NCBI GenBank assembly: GCA_044220955.1 | Contig: JBGAQA010000102.1 | Location: 1 to 22,514 of the forward strand | DNA length: 22,514 bases | Origin: Sandaracinaceae bacterium | GTDB lineage: Bacteria > Myxococcota_A > Polyangia > Polyangiales > Sandaracinaceae | Direction: 5' to 3' | Shown: positions 1-8,504 of the stretch, one piece after another | How the letters are laid out: every line of letters begins with the position of its first letter | Numbering within the stretch: the stretch's first letter is position 1 | Notes under the pieces: model-generated | What the model saw: only the letters and a program-made list of their open reading frames with translations | What the model was told of the DNA's origin: nothing | Databases searched by the model: none | Translations under genes and position numbers: made by a program

Positions 1-244
1 GGCGGCGCGCTGCGCTGCGGGGGGCCTGCGGCCGCTTACCCCCGAGGCGGTCGCTTCCATCGCGGCCCCGGCCCGGCCGCGTATCGACGCCCCTCGGCCC
101 GCGGGGGTGCCCGCCGGGCTCGGGTGCGCGCGCACCGAAGCGTCCCCGCCTCCTTGAGCGTCGGCGCGGCTTGCGCTAAGGCGGCCGCCTCGTTCGCGGG
201 ACCGGCCCCGCGCCCAGGGGAAGAGCCGGATGATGGAGAGAGCG

Positions 245-1498
245 ATGCGAAACGCTTGGCTGTTGATCCTCGCCCTGACGGGGCTGACCGCGTGCTCGAC
301 GCCGACGCCGGCGAACGACGCCGCCGCGCCGGACGGCTTCATCCCGCTGAACGACAGCGGCGTCTTGACGGACACCGGTCCCGCCCGGGACACCAACCCG
401 CCGATCGACGGCAACGTGCCTCCCTACGACGGCGGGACGCCGGCCACGTGCACCGGCCTGACGCCGGTCACGCCCGCGGGCTACTGCGCGGCCCTCGCCG
501 ACGCCTACGTCGCGGAGTACACGCGCTGCGGCCTCATCGGCAGCGCGGGCGCCACGGAGCTGCGGGCCGCGTTCCTCTCCGGCTGCGACACCTCCGAGAT
601 CGAGGCCTCCGTCACGGCGGGCCGCTCCACGTGGGACGCCGCGAGCGCGGCGTGCTGCCTGGCCCACTCGGCGATGGACACGAGCTGCTTCCTCAACCCC
701 GGCGCGGGCCCCGCGGAGTGCGACTTCCTGCAAGGCACGGTCGCCAACGGCGGGACCTGCTCCTCGAGCGTCGACTGCACGAACGGCTACTGCCACTTCT
801 CGGACACGTGCGCGGGAACCTGCACCGCGTACGCGACCACGGGCACGGAGTGCGACCTCGGCGACGTGGTCTGCGCCCCCGACGCCACCTGCGACAACCG
901 CACCCACGTCTGCACGACGCAGACCGGTACCGCGGGGTCGGCGTGCTCCGACACCGCGCACACCGGCTGCGAGCCGACGCTCACCTGCCTCGACCCGGAC
1001 GGCGACGGCAACGGGACCTGCACCGAGCTGCCCTCGCGCGGCGAGCGCTGCGACGAGAACACGATCGTCTGTGACTTCAACAGCGGCATCTGCGACTACG
1101 ACTTCGCGACGATGACGGGCATCTGCGCGCCGGCGTTCGCGATCGGCAGCATGCGCTGCATCATCGACGCCCAGTGCGCGGGCGACGCCTACTGTCGAGG
1201 CGCGAGCTTCGGCACGATGACGTACGGGACCTGCACCGCGCGCGCGACGCGCGGTCAGAGCTGCGCGACGGACAAGTGCGTCGACGGCCTCGTCTGCCGT
1301 CCCGACCGGACGTGCGGCGACCAGCCAGCGCTGGGCGATGCGTGCACGCCGGCGTCGGGCTGCGACGGCGCACGCTGCTCGGGCGGCGGCACCTGCATCG
1401 CGCTGCTCGGCGCGGGCGAGCACTGCGCGGCGAACAACACGTGCGCGTCGCGGGTCTGCAACCCGACCACGATGACGTGCGCGCCCGTCTGCCCCTGA
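245..1498 (+). CDS. Cysteine-rich secreted lipoprotein with disulfide-rich repeats
   Basis: ATG 245 follows GGAGAG. Signal peptide and lipobox MRNAWLLILALTGLTAC, then a Pro/Asp/Gly linker, then about 40 Cys mostly in 4-Cys modules. Codon usage fits this frame. Confidence 0.85.
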   Translation: MRNAWLLILALTGLTACSTPTPANDAAAPDGFIPLNDSGVLTDTGPARDTNPPIDGNVPPYDGGTPATCTGLTPVTPAGYCAALADAYVAEYTRCGLIGSAGATELRAAFLSGCDTSEIEASVTAGRSTWDAASAACCLAHSAMDTSCFLNPGAGPAECDFLQGTVANGGTCSSSVDCTNGYCHFSDTCAGTCTAYATTGTECDLGDVVCAPDATCDNRTHVCTTQTGTAGSACSDTAHTGCEPTLTCLDPDGDGNGTCTELPSRGERCDENTIVCDFNSGICDYDFATMTGICAPAFAIGSMRCIIDAQCAGDAYCRGASFGTMTYGTCTARATRGQSCATDKCVDGLVCRPDRTCGDQPALGDACTPASGCDGARCSGGGTCIALLGAGEHCAANNTCASRVCNPTTMTCAPVCP

Positions 1499-1519
1499 GG
1501 GCGCCCGTCTGCCCTGAGG
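1481..1519 (+). repeat. Tandem duplication of the gene's last ~20 bp
   Basis: GCGCCCGTCTGCCCCTGAGG (1481-1500) is followed directly by GCGCCCGTCTGCCCTGAGG (1501-1519), which lacks one C. Confidence 0.9.
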
Positions 1520-1525
1520 GTGAGG

Positions 1526-2734
1526 TCACTCTTCGCGCGTGAGCGTCCGGCTCCGCGCGAAGAGATCGCTCACCTCGGTCGGATCGTCGTTCGGATCGTC
1601 CTCGAGATCGAGCGGGACGGCCGACTCGGGGACCGAGACGTCGTCCATCGCGGCGAGCGGCGGTGGGCGGTAGCTGGGCACCGGCTGGCGCCCGCGCGCG
1701 CTCCGCAGCGCCTGCAACATCGCCTTGCCGCTCGCGTACCGGTCGGCGGGGTCGTGGGACATCGCGGTGAGGATGACCTGCTCGATCGCCTCCGGGATCG
1801 CCGGTCGGAGCTCGCGCGCGGGGACCGGGCGCGTCGTGAGGATCGAGACGAGGAGCTTGTTGTAGTTGTCGGCGCGGTAGGGCAGGCGCCCGGTGAGGGC
1901 TTCGTAGAGCAGCACGCCCATCGCCCAGACGTCGCAGCGCGCGTCGACTCCGTCGCCGCGCGCCTGCTCCGGCGCGAGGTAGTAGGGCGTGCCGACGACC
2001 ATGCCCGTCTTGGTCAGCGAGAGCGTCTCGTCGTTCAGCGTCTTGCTGATGCCGAAGTCGAGCAGCTTCGCGATGGTCGTCTCCCCGCGCCGCGCGAGGA
2101 AGACGTTCTCCGGCTTCAGATCACGGTGGATGACGTTGCGGGCGTGCGCGACGTCGAGCGCGCCGAGCACCTGTTCGGCGACGTCGAGCGTCTCGTCGAT
2201 GGGGAGCGCGCCCTCGTGCTTGATGCGCTCCGCGAGCGTCTCCCCCTCGAGCAGCTCCATCACCTGGAAGGGCACGCCGTTCTCGAGCGTGCCGAGGTCG
2301 TAGATCTCGACGATGCCCGGGTGCCCGAGCGAGCCGGCGATGCGCGCCTCGCGGATGAAACGGCGCTCGGCGTCACTGCCCTTGCGGTGGCCGCGCAGCA
2401 GCACCTTGATGGCGACGGGCTTGCCGATGCGCGTGTTCTCCGCGCGGTAGACCGCGCCCATGCCGCCCCGCCCGAGCAGCCCCTTCACGGCGTACTTGCC
2501 GTCGATGACGCTGCCCACGTAGGAGCGCTCGTCCATCTCCTCGTCCGCGTGGGGTCGCGAGTGCGGGTGCAGGCTCTTGACCCACTGGTACTCCTTGCGC
2601 TCCTCGCTGGGCGTCGGCTGGCGCCTCGGACGATCGCTCGAGATGGGCTTGCCCGTCACCGGGCAGCTCGCCAGTCCCGCCTCGTGCGGCAGGCCGCAGT
2701 GCTTGCACCGGATGAAGCGCTCGCGGCTCGACAT
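1526..2734 (-). CDS. Hanks-type Ser/Thr protein kinase with an N-terminal zinc-ribbon-like motif
   Basis: Motifs GRGGMG, VAIK, HRDLKPEN, DFG, GTPYYLAPE and DVWAMG. N-terminal CKHCGLPH..CPVTG. Start set at ATG 2734 because the upstream part of the ORF overlaps nadA. Confidence 0.93.
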   Translation of the reverse strand: MSSRERFIRCKHCGLPHEAGLASCPVTGKPISSDRPRRQPTPSEERKEYQWVKSLHPHSRPHADEEMDERSYVGSVIDGKYAVKGLLGRGGMGAVYRAENTRIGKPVAIKVLLRGHRKGSDAERRFIREARIAGSLGHPGIVEIYDLGTLENGVPFQVMELLEGETLAERIKHEGALPIDETLDVAEQVLGALDVAHARNVIHRDLKPENVFLARRGETTIAKLLDFGISKTLNDETLSLTKTGMVVGTPYYLAPEQARGDGVDARCDVWAMGVLLYEALTGRLPYRADNYNKLLVSILTTRPVPARELRPAIPEAIEQVILTAMSHDPADRYASGKAMLQALRSARGRQPVPSYRPPPLAAMDDVSVPESAVPLDLEDDPNDDPTEVSDLFARSRTLTREE

Positions 2735-2784
2735 GGCCCCGGAGAACCTATCCCCGGCGTGGTCCTCCGCACAAGCCGAACGGT

Positions 2785-4230
2785 TCAGGGCGCGGGCGGG
2801 TTGCGTGAGAGAACATCGTCGACGAGCGCTCGGGGCAGCTTCTTCTCCGCGCCGAACGCGCGCATGTGGAGGATGGGCACGCCGCCCAGCTCGGCGATCG
2901 TCCGCCCGTCGATGCGCTCGGGCCGCACGCGCGGGTGGAACGCCGCGAGCGCGTCTTGGTCCTCGCGGCCCATGCGGGTCAGGAGCGCGAAGAGCGCGTC
3001 CAGCGAGCTCATCTTCATGTAGGGGCACGTCGCGCAGCCGCCGGCGCTCGTGCAGCCCTCGCCACCGGCCGCGCCGGGGACCAGCACGAGCGGCGAGTCC
3101 GGCGCCGGCGTGATGGCCTCGCTCGCCACCGGGAACACGATCTCGCACCGGATGTCGGGCCGGCCGATCTCGGCGAGCACGGCCTCGACGCGCCGCACGA
3201 TCGACGTGATCATCCCGGACTCGGTGCCCAGCACGAACCTGAGGTGCCGCGGCCCGGCGTGAGACGCCGCGTGCCGCGTCTTCTGCTCGATGAAGGTCAG
3301 GATGTCGCTCGTCGATCCGACGCAGCCCCGCCCCTCGGCGCGTGCCTCGAGGGCGAGCTCGAACATCTCGCCCGGGACCTCGAGGTGCGCCGTGACGAAG
3401 TCCCCGGCGTGCTCCTCGCGCACGCGGCGCGCGACGTCGCTCCCGAACAGCTCGTGCACGACGCAGCTGCCCTGCTCGAAGTAGTGGAAGCGCGAGAGCA
3501 AGGAGCGCATCGAGGCGTGGTCGTGCGCAGGATGCAGGGCCCGGATCGCGCTCTCGGGCCCGTCGGCGAGCTGCGTGAAGAGCTTGGCGAGGTTGCGCCC
3601 CATGTACGTGTCCGGCCCGAACCAGACGTGGCCGTTCTCGATCTGCGCGAACGCCGCGAGGACCGTCTGCACCACGTTCGACGACGTGCACGTGATGGTC
3701 GGAAGAACGCTCTGCGCGCGCGCCTTCGTGACGAGGGCGGTGTTGATGTACACGACGTGGACGCTGCGCGGCGTCCGGCTCGCGCGGGTGAGGTACGCCG
3801 AGTACGCGAGGCTGTCGGCGGCGGCGGCGAGCGAGCAGCCGATCGGGTCGGCGACGACGCGATAGACGGGGACGTGCGCAAAGCCCGCGGCGTCGAGCAT
3901 CGCGCGCGCGTTCTCGCTCATGAAGTCGACGCCGAGCACGATCACGGCCTTCGCCCCGCCCCGCGCCATCTCGACCGCCTTGTCGGCCATGAGCAGGGAG
4001 TCCGACACGTGGACGAAGGGCCAGTCGAGCCGGGAGAGGACGCCCTGCAGCTCCGGGTCCATGTAGAAGTGCGCGACGATCCCCACGTGCCGCGCGCGCA
4101 CGAGCCCCTCGAGCTCGGAGACGGTCCGCGGATCGGGCCGCAGGTACGCGGCCTGCGCCTCGGCGAACGCGCCGCGGGGCACGAGCAGGTTCGGCTCGAT
4201 CAGGAGCGAGGGAAACGGCGTGGAGCTCAT
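2785..4230 (-). CDS. nadA: Quinolinate synthase A (4Fe-4S), long plant-like type
   Basis: Motifs AHFYMDPE, SDSL, GVDFMSEN, GCSLA, YINT, CTSSN, PDTYMG, CVVH, AHLE, GST, GTE and CPYMK. All three cluster Cys are present. Confidence 0.92.
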   Translation of the reverse strand: MSSTPFPSLLIEPNLLVPRGAFAEAQAAYLRPDPRTVSELEGLVRARHVGIVAHFYMDPELQGVLSRLDWPFVHVSDSLLMADKAVEMARGGAKAVIVLGVDFMSENARAMLDAAGFAHVPVYRVVADPIGCSLAAAADSLAYSAYLTRASRTPRSVHVVYINTALVTKARAQSVLPTITCTSSNVVQTVLAAFAQIENGHVWFGPDTYMGRNLAKLFTQLADGPESAIRALHPAHDHASMRSLLSRFHYFEQGSCVVHELFGSDVARRVREEHAGDFVTAHLEVPGEMFELALEARAEGRGCVGSTSDILTFIEQKTRHAASHAGPRHLRFVLGTESGMITSIVRRVEAVLAEIGRPDIRCEIVFPVASEAITPAPDSPLVLVPGAAGGEGCTSAGGCATCPYMKMSSLDALFALLTRMGREDQDALAAFHPRVRPERIDGRTIAELGGVPILHMRAFGAEKKLPRALVDDVLSRNPPAP

Positions 4231-4292
4231 GGCCGGGACTCTACGGCCGGAGCGCCGCGATCCAAGTCCCGAGGGGCATCGCGCTCGATGTC

Positions 4293-4342
4293 GATTGTGC
4301 GAGCAACCTTTGACTCGCCATTGATTGCCCGCGCAACTATTG
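4293..4342. promoter_or_regulatory. Two imperfect 20-bp direct repeats with palindromic TTG-N6-CAA cores (putative transcription factor sites)
   Basis: GATTGTGCGAGCAACCTTTG (4293-4312) and GATTGCCCGCGCAACTATTG (4323-4342) are 15/20 identical with a 30-bp period. They lie in an AT-richer divergent intergenic region, upstream of TTGACG (4362-4367). Confidence 0.55.
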
Positions 4343-4400
4343 GAAAACGCTGGGGATTCGGTTGACGCCCGTGGATCGCGTCCTTCACCATGAGCGCCGC

Positions 4401-6053
4401 ATGACCCGGCTGTACCTGCCCCTCTCGCGCCGCACGTTCGTCCGTCTCTCCGCGTACGGCGGCGCCGCCGCCGCGCTCGGCGCGTGCTCGACCAGCCCCT
4501 CGATGCCGTTCGACTCGGGTCCGAGCTTCGACGCCACGGCGCCGGAGCAGGTCGAGAACCTCATCGTCGGCAGCGGGTTCGGCGGCTCGATCACGGCCTA
4601 CCGCCTGGCCGAGGCCGGCCACAGCAGCGTGCTCCTCGAGCGCGGCAAGCGCTGGGACATCCACACGCCGGGCGAGAACGTCTTCTGCAACATGGGCATC
4701 GGCGAGGCGGACAACCGCTCCGCGTGGCTCGCCGACCAGCAGCCGCTGCCGGGCATCCCGCGCGCGCCGCGCCCCTTCGAGCACTTCACCGGCGTGCTCG
4801 AGAAGATCATCGGCGACGGCATCGACATCGTCTGTCCGGCCGGCGTCGGCGGCGGCTCGCTCGTGTACAGCGGCATGACGGTCCAGCCCCCTCAGGATCT
4901 CTTCGACGAGGTCTTCGCCGGCACGGGCGTCACGTGGGCCGAGATGGACGCGACCTATTACCCGCGGGCGCGCACGATGATGCAGATGCCGTCGCAGATG
5001 CCCGACGACATCTTCGACCACCCGCGATGGATCGCCACCCGCACGTTCATCGAGCAGGCCGATCACGCGGGCTACACGGCCGGCGGGACGGGCCGCAAGC
5101 TCAGCGATCGCCTCTTCTGCGCGTTCGACTGGGAGGGCGCGCGCCGCGAGATGCGCGGCGAGATCCCCGAGCAGCTGATGATCGGCAGCTACATCTTCGG
5201 CCTCAACAGCGGCGCGAAGGGCTCGCTCAACAAGACGGGCTTCTACCTCGATCTCGCGGAGGCCAGCGGCCGCTGCGAGGTGCGCCCGCTGCACTGGGCC
5301 CAGCGCATCATCCAGCGCGCGGACGGCTGGCTCGTCGAGCTGGACGTGATCGACACGGGGGGCAACGTCCTCGAGCAGCGCCAGATCCTCGCGCGCCGCC
5401 TCTTCGTGTGCGCGGGCACCGCCAACACGACCGGACTGCTCGCGCGCGCCAAGGCCGAGCACACGATCGAGGGCCTGCCCGACTCGATCGGCGAGTACTT
5501 CGGCAACAACGGCCAGCACATCATGGCGCGCAAGGGCGTGGGCGTGAACACGCTGAGCGCGCAGGCTGGCCCCGCGTGCGCGATGATCTTCGACTACGAC
5601 AACCGCATCGGCATGGAGAACGGCCCGGCGCCGCTGCCCTACATGACCGACCAGCAGATCCTGATCTCCACGGGCCAGGGGATCCCCGACACGCTGGGCT
5701 CGATCAGCTGGGACAGCGCGGCCGGCAAGGTGGTCCCGCACTGGAGCGCGAGCAACGACGCGACGGCGCACGCCGCGGCGACGAACATCCTGCAGACGCT
5801 CAACACGATGAACGCCGGGACGGACGCGACGATGGAGCTGCTCCTCGGCGGCTCGATCACCTTCCACCCGCTCGGCGGCTGCGTGATGGGCCACGCGACC
5901 GACGCGTTCGGGCGCGTGATGGGGGTGACCAACCTCTACGTCATGGACGGCGCGCTCATCCCGGGCTCGACGCCCTGCTCGAACCCCTACTGGACCATCG
6001 CCGCCAACGCGGAGCGCTGCATCGAGCGGGTCCTGCGAGACGACTTCACGTGA
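4401..6053 (+). CDS. Cholesterol oxidase-like GMC flavoprotein, Tat-exported, probable lipoprotein
   Basis: Twin-arginine motif SRRTFV plus LGAC. FAD motif IVGSGFGG, then GVGGGSLV and GAKGSL. The C-terminus FHPLGGCVMGHATDAFGRV..NLYVMDGALIPG..NP resembles Streptomyces ChoA-type enzymes and keeps the catalytic His/Asn pair. Confidence 0.85.
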   Translation: MTRLYLPLSRRTFVRLSAYGGAAAALGACSTSPSMPFDSGPSFDATAPEQVENLIVGSGFGGSITAYRLAEAGHSSVLLERGKRWDIHTPGENVFCNMGIGEADNRSAWLADQQPLPGIPRAPRPFEHFTGVLEKIIGDGIDIVCPAGVGGGSLVYSGMTVQPPQDLFDEVFAGTGVTWAEMDATYYPRARTMMQMPSQMPDDIFDHPRWIATRTFIEQADHAGYTAGGTGRKLSDRLFCAFDWEGARREMRGEIPEQLMIGSYIFGLNSGAKGSLNKTGFYLDLAEASGRCEVRPLHWAQRIIQRADGWLVELDVIDTGGNVLEQRQILARRLFVCAGTANTTGLLARAKAEHTIEGLPDSIGEYFGNNGQHIMARKGVGVNTLSAQAGPACAMIFDYDNRIGMENGPAPLPYMTDQQILISTGQGIPDTLGSISWDSAAGKVVPHWSASNDATAHAAATNILQTLNTMNAGTDATMELLLGGSITFHPLGGCVMGHATDAFGRVMGVTNLYVMDGALIPGSTPCSNPYWTIAANAERCIERVLRDDFT

Positions 6054-6064
6054 GGAGCTCCACC

Positions 6065-6784
6065 ATGCGCGCACGTTCCATCCTCGGGCTCGCGCTGGCG
6101 TGCGGAGCGCTCGCGCCGGGCTGCTACGACAACGTCGGCACTCGGTTCGACGACACCGGCACGACGATCCTCCCCGACGGCGGGGCCGCCGTGAACCTCG
6201 CGCCCTGGGAGATGCCGAACGTCGCCTCGCTCCCCGCCGCGACGGCGACCGATCCCTGCCCGGAGATGCTCCACGAGGTCGAGGTGCACACGTGGATGGG
6301 CGGCCGCGTGGCCGCCGTGCACGCGGCCGGCTGCATCCACGCGACCCCCGCCGCCGTCTGGGAGGCCATCCAGGATCCGGAGACCGCGCACGACCCGAGC
6401 TCGACGAACTCGTTCGCGGTGATCCGCCCCGCGATGACGTCGGAGTGCGACGGCCCCTACCAGACGCAGCTCAACGCGGGGCCCGCGGGGTTCACGATCG
6501 ACTTCCGGCTCTGCTGGCGGCACGCGATCATCGAGGGCAGCGAGACGGACCCGATGCTCACGCACACGCGCTGGCAGAAGGTCTGGGGCTCGAACGCGAT
6601 CCGGACGCTCGAGGGCTCGCTCGTCTCGCAGCCACACCCGGGCAGCCCCGACATCACAGAGGTCTACTACCAGTACCACCTCGACTCCGCGTCGCTCGGG
6701 CCGTCCAACTACGAGACCATCAACACCTACCTGAACATGATCTACGCGCGCCTGGTGACGCGCTCGCACGGCACGATGCTGTGA
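6065..6784 (+). CDS. Uncharacterised lipoprotein, probable SRPBCC/START-like fold (paralog 1)
   Basis: AGGAG ribosome-binding site and ATG 11 bp after the oxidase stop. Lipobox LAPGC. IHATPAAVWEAIQDPE resembles the SRPBCC strand-helix start, and there is a long C-terminal amphipathic helix. The fold is inferred. Confidence 0.8.
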   Translation: MRARSILGLALACGALAPGCYDNVGTRFDDTGTTILPDGGAAVNLAPWEMPNVASLPAATATDPCPEMLHEVEVHTWMGGRVAAVHAAGCIHATPAAVWEAIQDPETAHDPSSTNSFAVIRPAMTSECDGPYQTQLNAGPAGFTIDFRLCWRHAIIEGSETDPMLTHTRWQKVWGSNAIRTLEGSLVSQPHPGSPDITEVYYQYHLDSASLGPSNYETINTYLNMIYARLVTRSHGTML

Positions 6785-7473
6785 CGCGCGCGGCGGCGCG
6801 CGCGTGGTCCCTCTCGGCCGCGTGCGCGGTCCTCGCCCCAGGCTGCTACGAGAACGTCGTCTCGCCCTTCCCGCCCGGCACCGAGCCCTTCGAGGCCGTC
6901 AACGTGGCGAGCCTGCCCGAGCCCACCGCCACGGACGAGTGCCCCGAGGCGCTCCACGAGGTCGACGTCCATACCTGGATGAACGGCCACGTCGCCGCCG
7001 TGCACGCGTCGGGCTGCGTGCACGCCGCGCCCGCCGCCGTGTGGGAGGCGATCCAGGACCCGGAGGTGTCGCACGACCCGCCGAACGTCAACGCGTGGTG
7101 GGTGATCGAGCCGCCCACCGACGCCGAGTGCACCGACGGCGTCTACGAGACCGCGATCAACGCCGGCCCGGCGGGCTTCACGGTGGAGTTCCGCCAGTGC
7201 TGGCGCCACACGCTGGTGATGGGCACGGGCGAGGCGCCGATGCTCACGGCGACGCGCTGGCAGAAGGTCTGGGGCACGACGGCGGTCCGCACGATGGAGG
7301 GCTCGCTCGTCTCGCAGCCTCACCCCGCCGACCCGGAGAACGTCACCGAGGTGTACATGCAGTACCACCTGGACGCGGCCTCGCTCGGCCCGACGAACTA
7401 CGAGACGATCGAGGGCTACCTGAACCTCGTCTTCTCGCGCCTCGTGACGCGCGCGCACGGCAGCACGCTCTGA
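6781..7473 (+). CDS. Uncharacterised lipoprotein, probable SRPBCC/START-like fold (paralog 2)
   Basis: GTG start overlaps the upstream stop (GTGA). Lipobox LAPGC. Shares blocks with paralog 1: VWEAIQDPE, NAGPAGFT, CWRH, TRWQKVWG, EGSLVSQPHP and QYHLD. Confidence 0.8.
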   Translation: MTRAAARAWSLSAACAVLAPGCYENVVSPFPPGTEPFEAVNVASLPEPTATDECPEALHEVDVHTWMNGHVAAVHASGCVHAAPAAVWEAIQDPEVSHDPPNVNAWWVIEPPTDAECTDGVYETAINAGPAGFTVEFRQCWRHTLVMGTGEAPMLTATRWQKVWGTTAVRTMEGSLVSQPHPADPENVTEVYMQYHLDAASLGPTNYETIEGYLNLVFSRLVTRAHGSTL

Positions 7474-7545
7474 GCACCCGCCGCTCTGCCCGGAGCCGCG
7501 AGGAGCGCCTCGCGGGCGGTCCGCGCGGACCGTATGCTCCGCGCC

Positions 7546-8457
7546 GTGGCGGAACCCGGCGCGCAGGCGAGTCGACCGCGAGCCTTCGGCGACGAGTCGT
7601 CGCTGCTCGTGATCAAGGGCGGCCGGGCGCGCCCCGGGCGGGACCTCTACCACTGGCTGATCCGCAAGCCGTGGTGGGCGGCGCTCGGGATCATCGTGCT
7701 GAATTTCCTGGTGGCGAACCTGGTGTTCGCCGTGGGCTACGCGCTCGTCGGCGGCGTGCACGGCATGCGTGAGGGCTCGGTCCTCGACGGCTTCTTCTTC
7801 AGCGTGCAGACCATCGGCACGCTCGGCTACGGGGCGATGTACCCCGAGTCGATCGCGGCGCACTCGCTCGTCGTGATCGAGGTCGTCGTGGGCATCCTCT
7901 CCACGGCGCTCGCGACGGGCCTCGTGTTCACGAAGTTCTCGACGCCGCGGCCGCGCGTGTTCTTCACCAAGACCGCCGTCGTCTGCCTCTACGACGGAGT
8001 GCCGACGCTGATGATCCGGGTCGGCAACGAGCGGAGCGACCACGTGATCGACGCGCGGATGCGCATGGTGCTCACGCGGAGCGAGAAGACGAAGGAAGGC
8101 CAGACGTTCTACCGGAACCGCGATCTCCGGCTCGCGCGCGAGCACGCGCCCACGTTCCGGCGCGGCGCGACGATGATGCACGCGATCGACGAGACGAGCC
8201 CCCTCCACGGCGAGACGCCGGAGTCGCTCGCGGAGAGCGACGCGGAGATCACCGCGACGATCATCGGGCTCGACGGCACCACGTCGCAGACCGTCTACGC
8301 CGGGACCTCGTACTTCGCCGACGAGATCCTCTTCGGGCGGCGCATGGCCGACACCGTGACCGAGCTGCCCGACGGCCGCGTCCAGATCGACCTCACCAAG
8401 TTCGACGAGACCCTCCCGATCGAGCCGACGGACGCGTTCCCGTATCCAAAGAAGTAG
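7546..8457 (+). CDS. Inward-rectifier potassium channel (KirBac family)
   Basis: Two TM helices flank FFFSVQTIGTLGYG, followed by KFSTP, DGVPTLMIRVGNER and HAIDETSPLHG. The start is either GTG 7546 or ATG 7534. Confidence 0.93.
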   Translation: MAEPGAQASRPRAFGDESSLLVIKGGRARPGRDLYHWLIRKPWWAALGIIVLNFLVANLVFAVGYALVGGVHGMREGSVLDGFFFSVQTIGTLGYGAMYPESIAAHSLVVIEVVVGILSTALATGLVFTKFSTPRPRVFFTKTAVVCLYDGVPTLMIRVGNERSDHVIDARMRMVLTRSEKTKEGQTFYRNRDLRLAREHAPTFRRGATMMHAIDETSPLHGETPESLAESDAEITATIIGLDGTTSQTVYAGTSYFADEILFGRRMADTVTELPDGRVQIDLTKFDETLPIEPTDAFPYPKK

Positions 8458-8504
8458 GCGCGTCACGCGTTTGCTCGCTCGCGTCCGCCGAGTAATATCC
8501 GCGT

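Noticed and set aside
2735..3691. N-terminal extension of the kinase ORF
   Set aside because: Out-of-frame overlap with nadA and low-complexity translation. ATG 2734 gives a sensible start.
4227..6074. Long antisense or alternate-frame ORFs (e.g. 4227-6074, 6742-9015, 10425-12317, 12730-15447, 17762-19675, 20315-22363)
   Set aside because: Arg/Ala/Gly-rich shadow frames expected at very high GC. They overlap genes with clear motifs.
4484..6784. Apparent 766-aa and 457-aa ORFs suggesting fusions or frameshifts across the oxidase operon
   Set aside because: Each lipoprotein has its own signal peptide and start, so no frameshift is needed.
6200..7473. Long DNA repeats as a possible CRISPR array or DGR template/variable pair
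   Set aside because: They are paralogous coding sequences. There is no repeat-spacer structure, reverse transcriptase or cas gene.
7474..8457. KirBac as a fourth member of the oxidase operon
   Set aside because: Same strand, but separated by a 60-70 bp gap with its own -10-like box. No evidence of a functional link, though co-transcription is not excluded.
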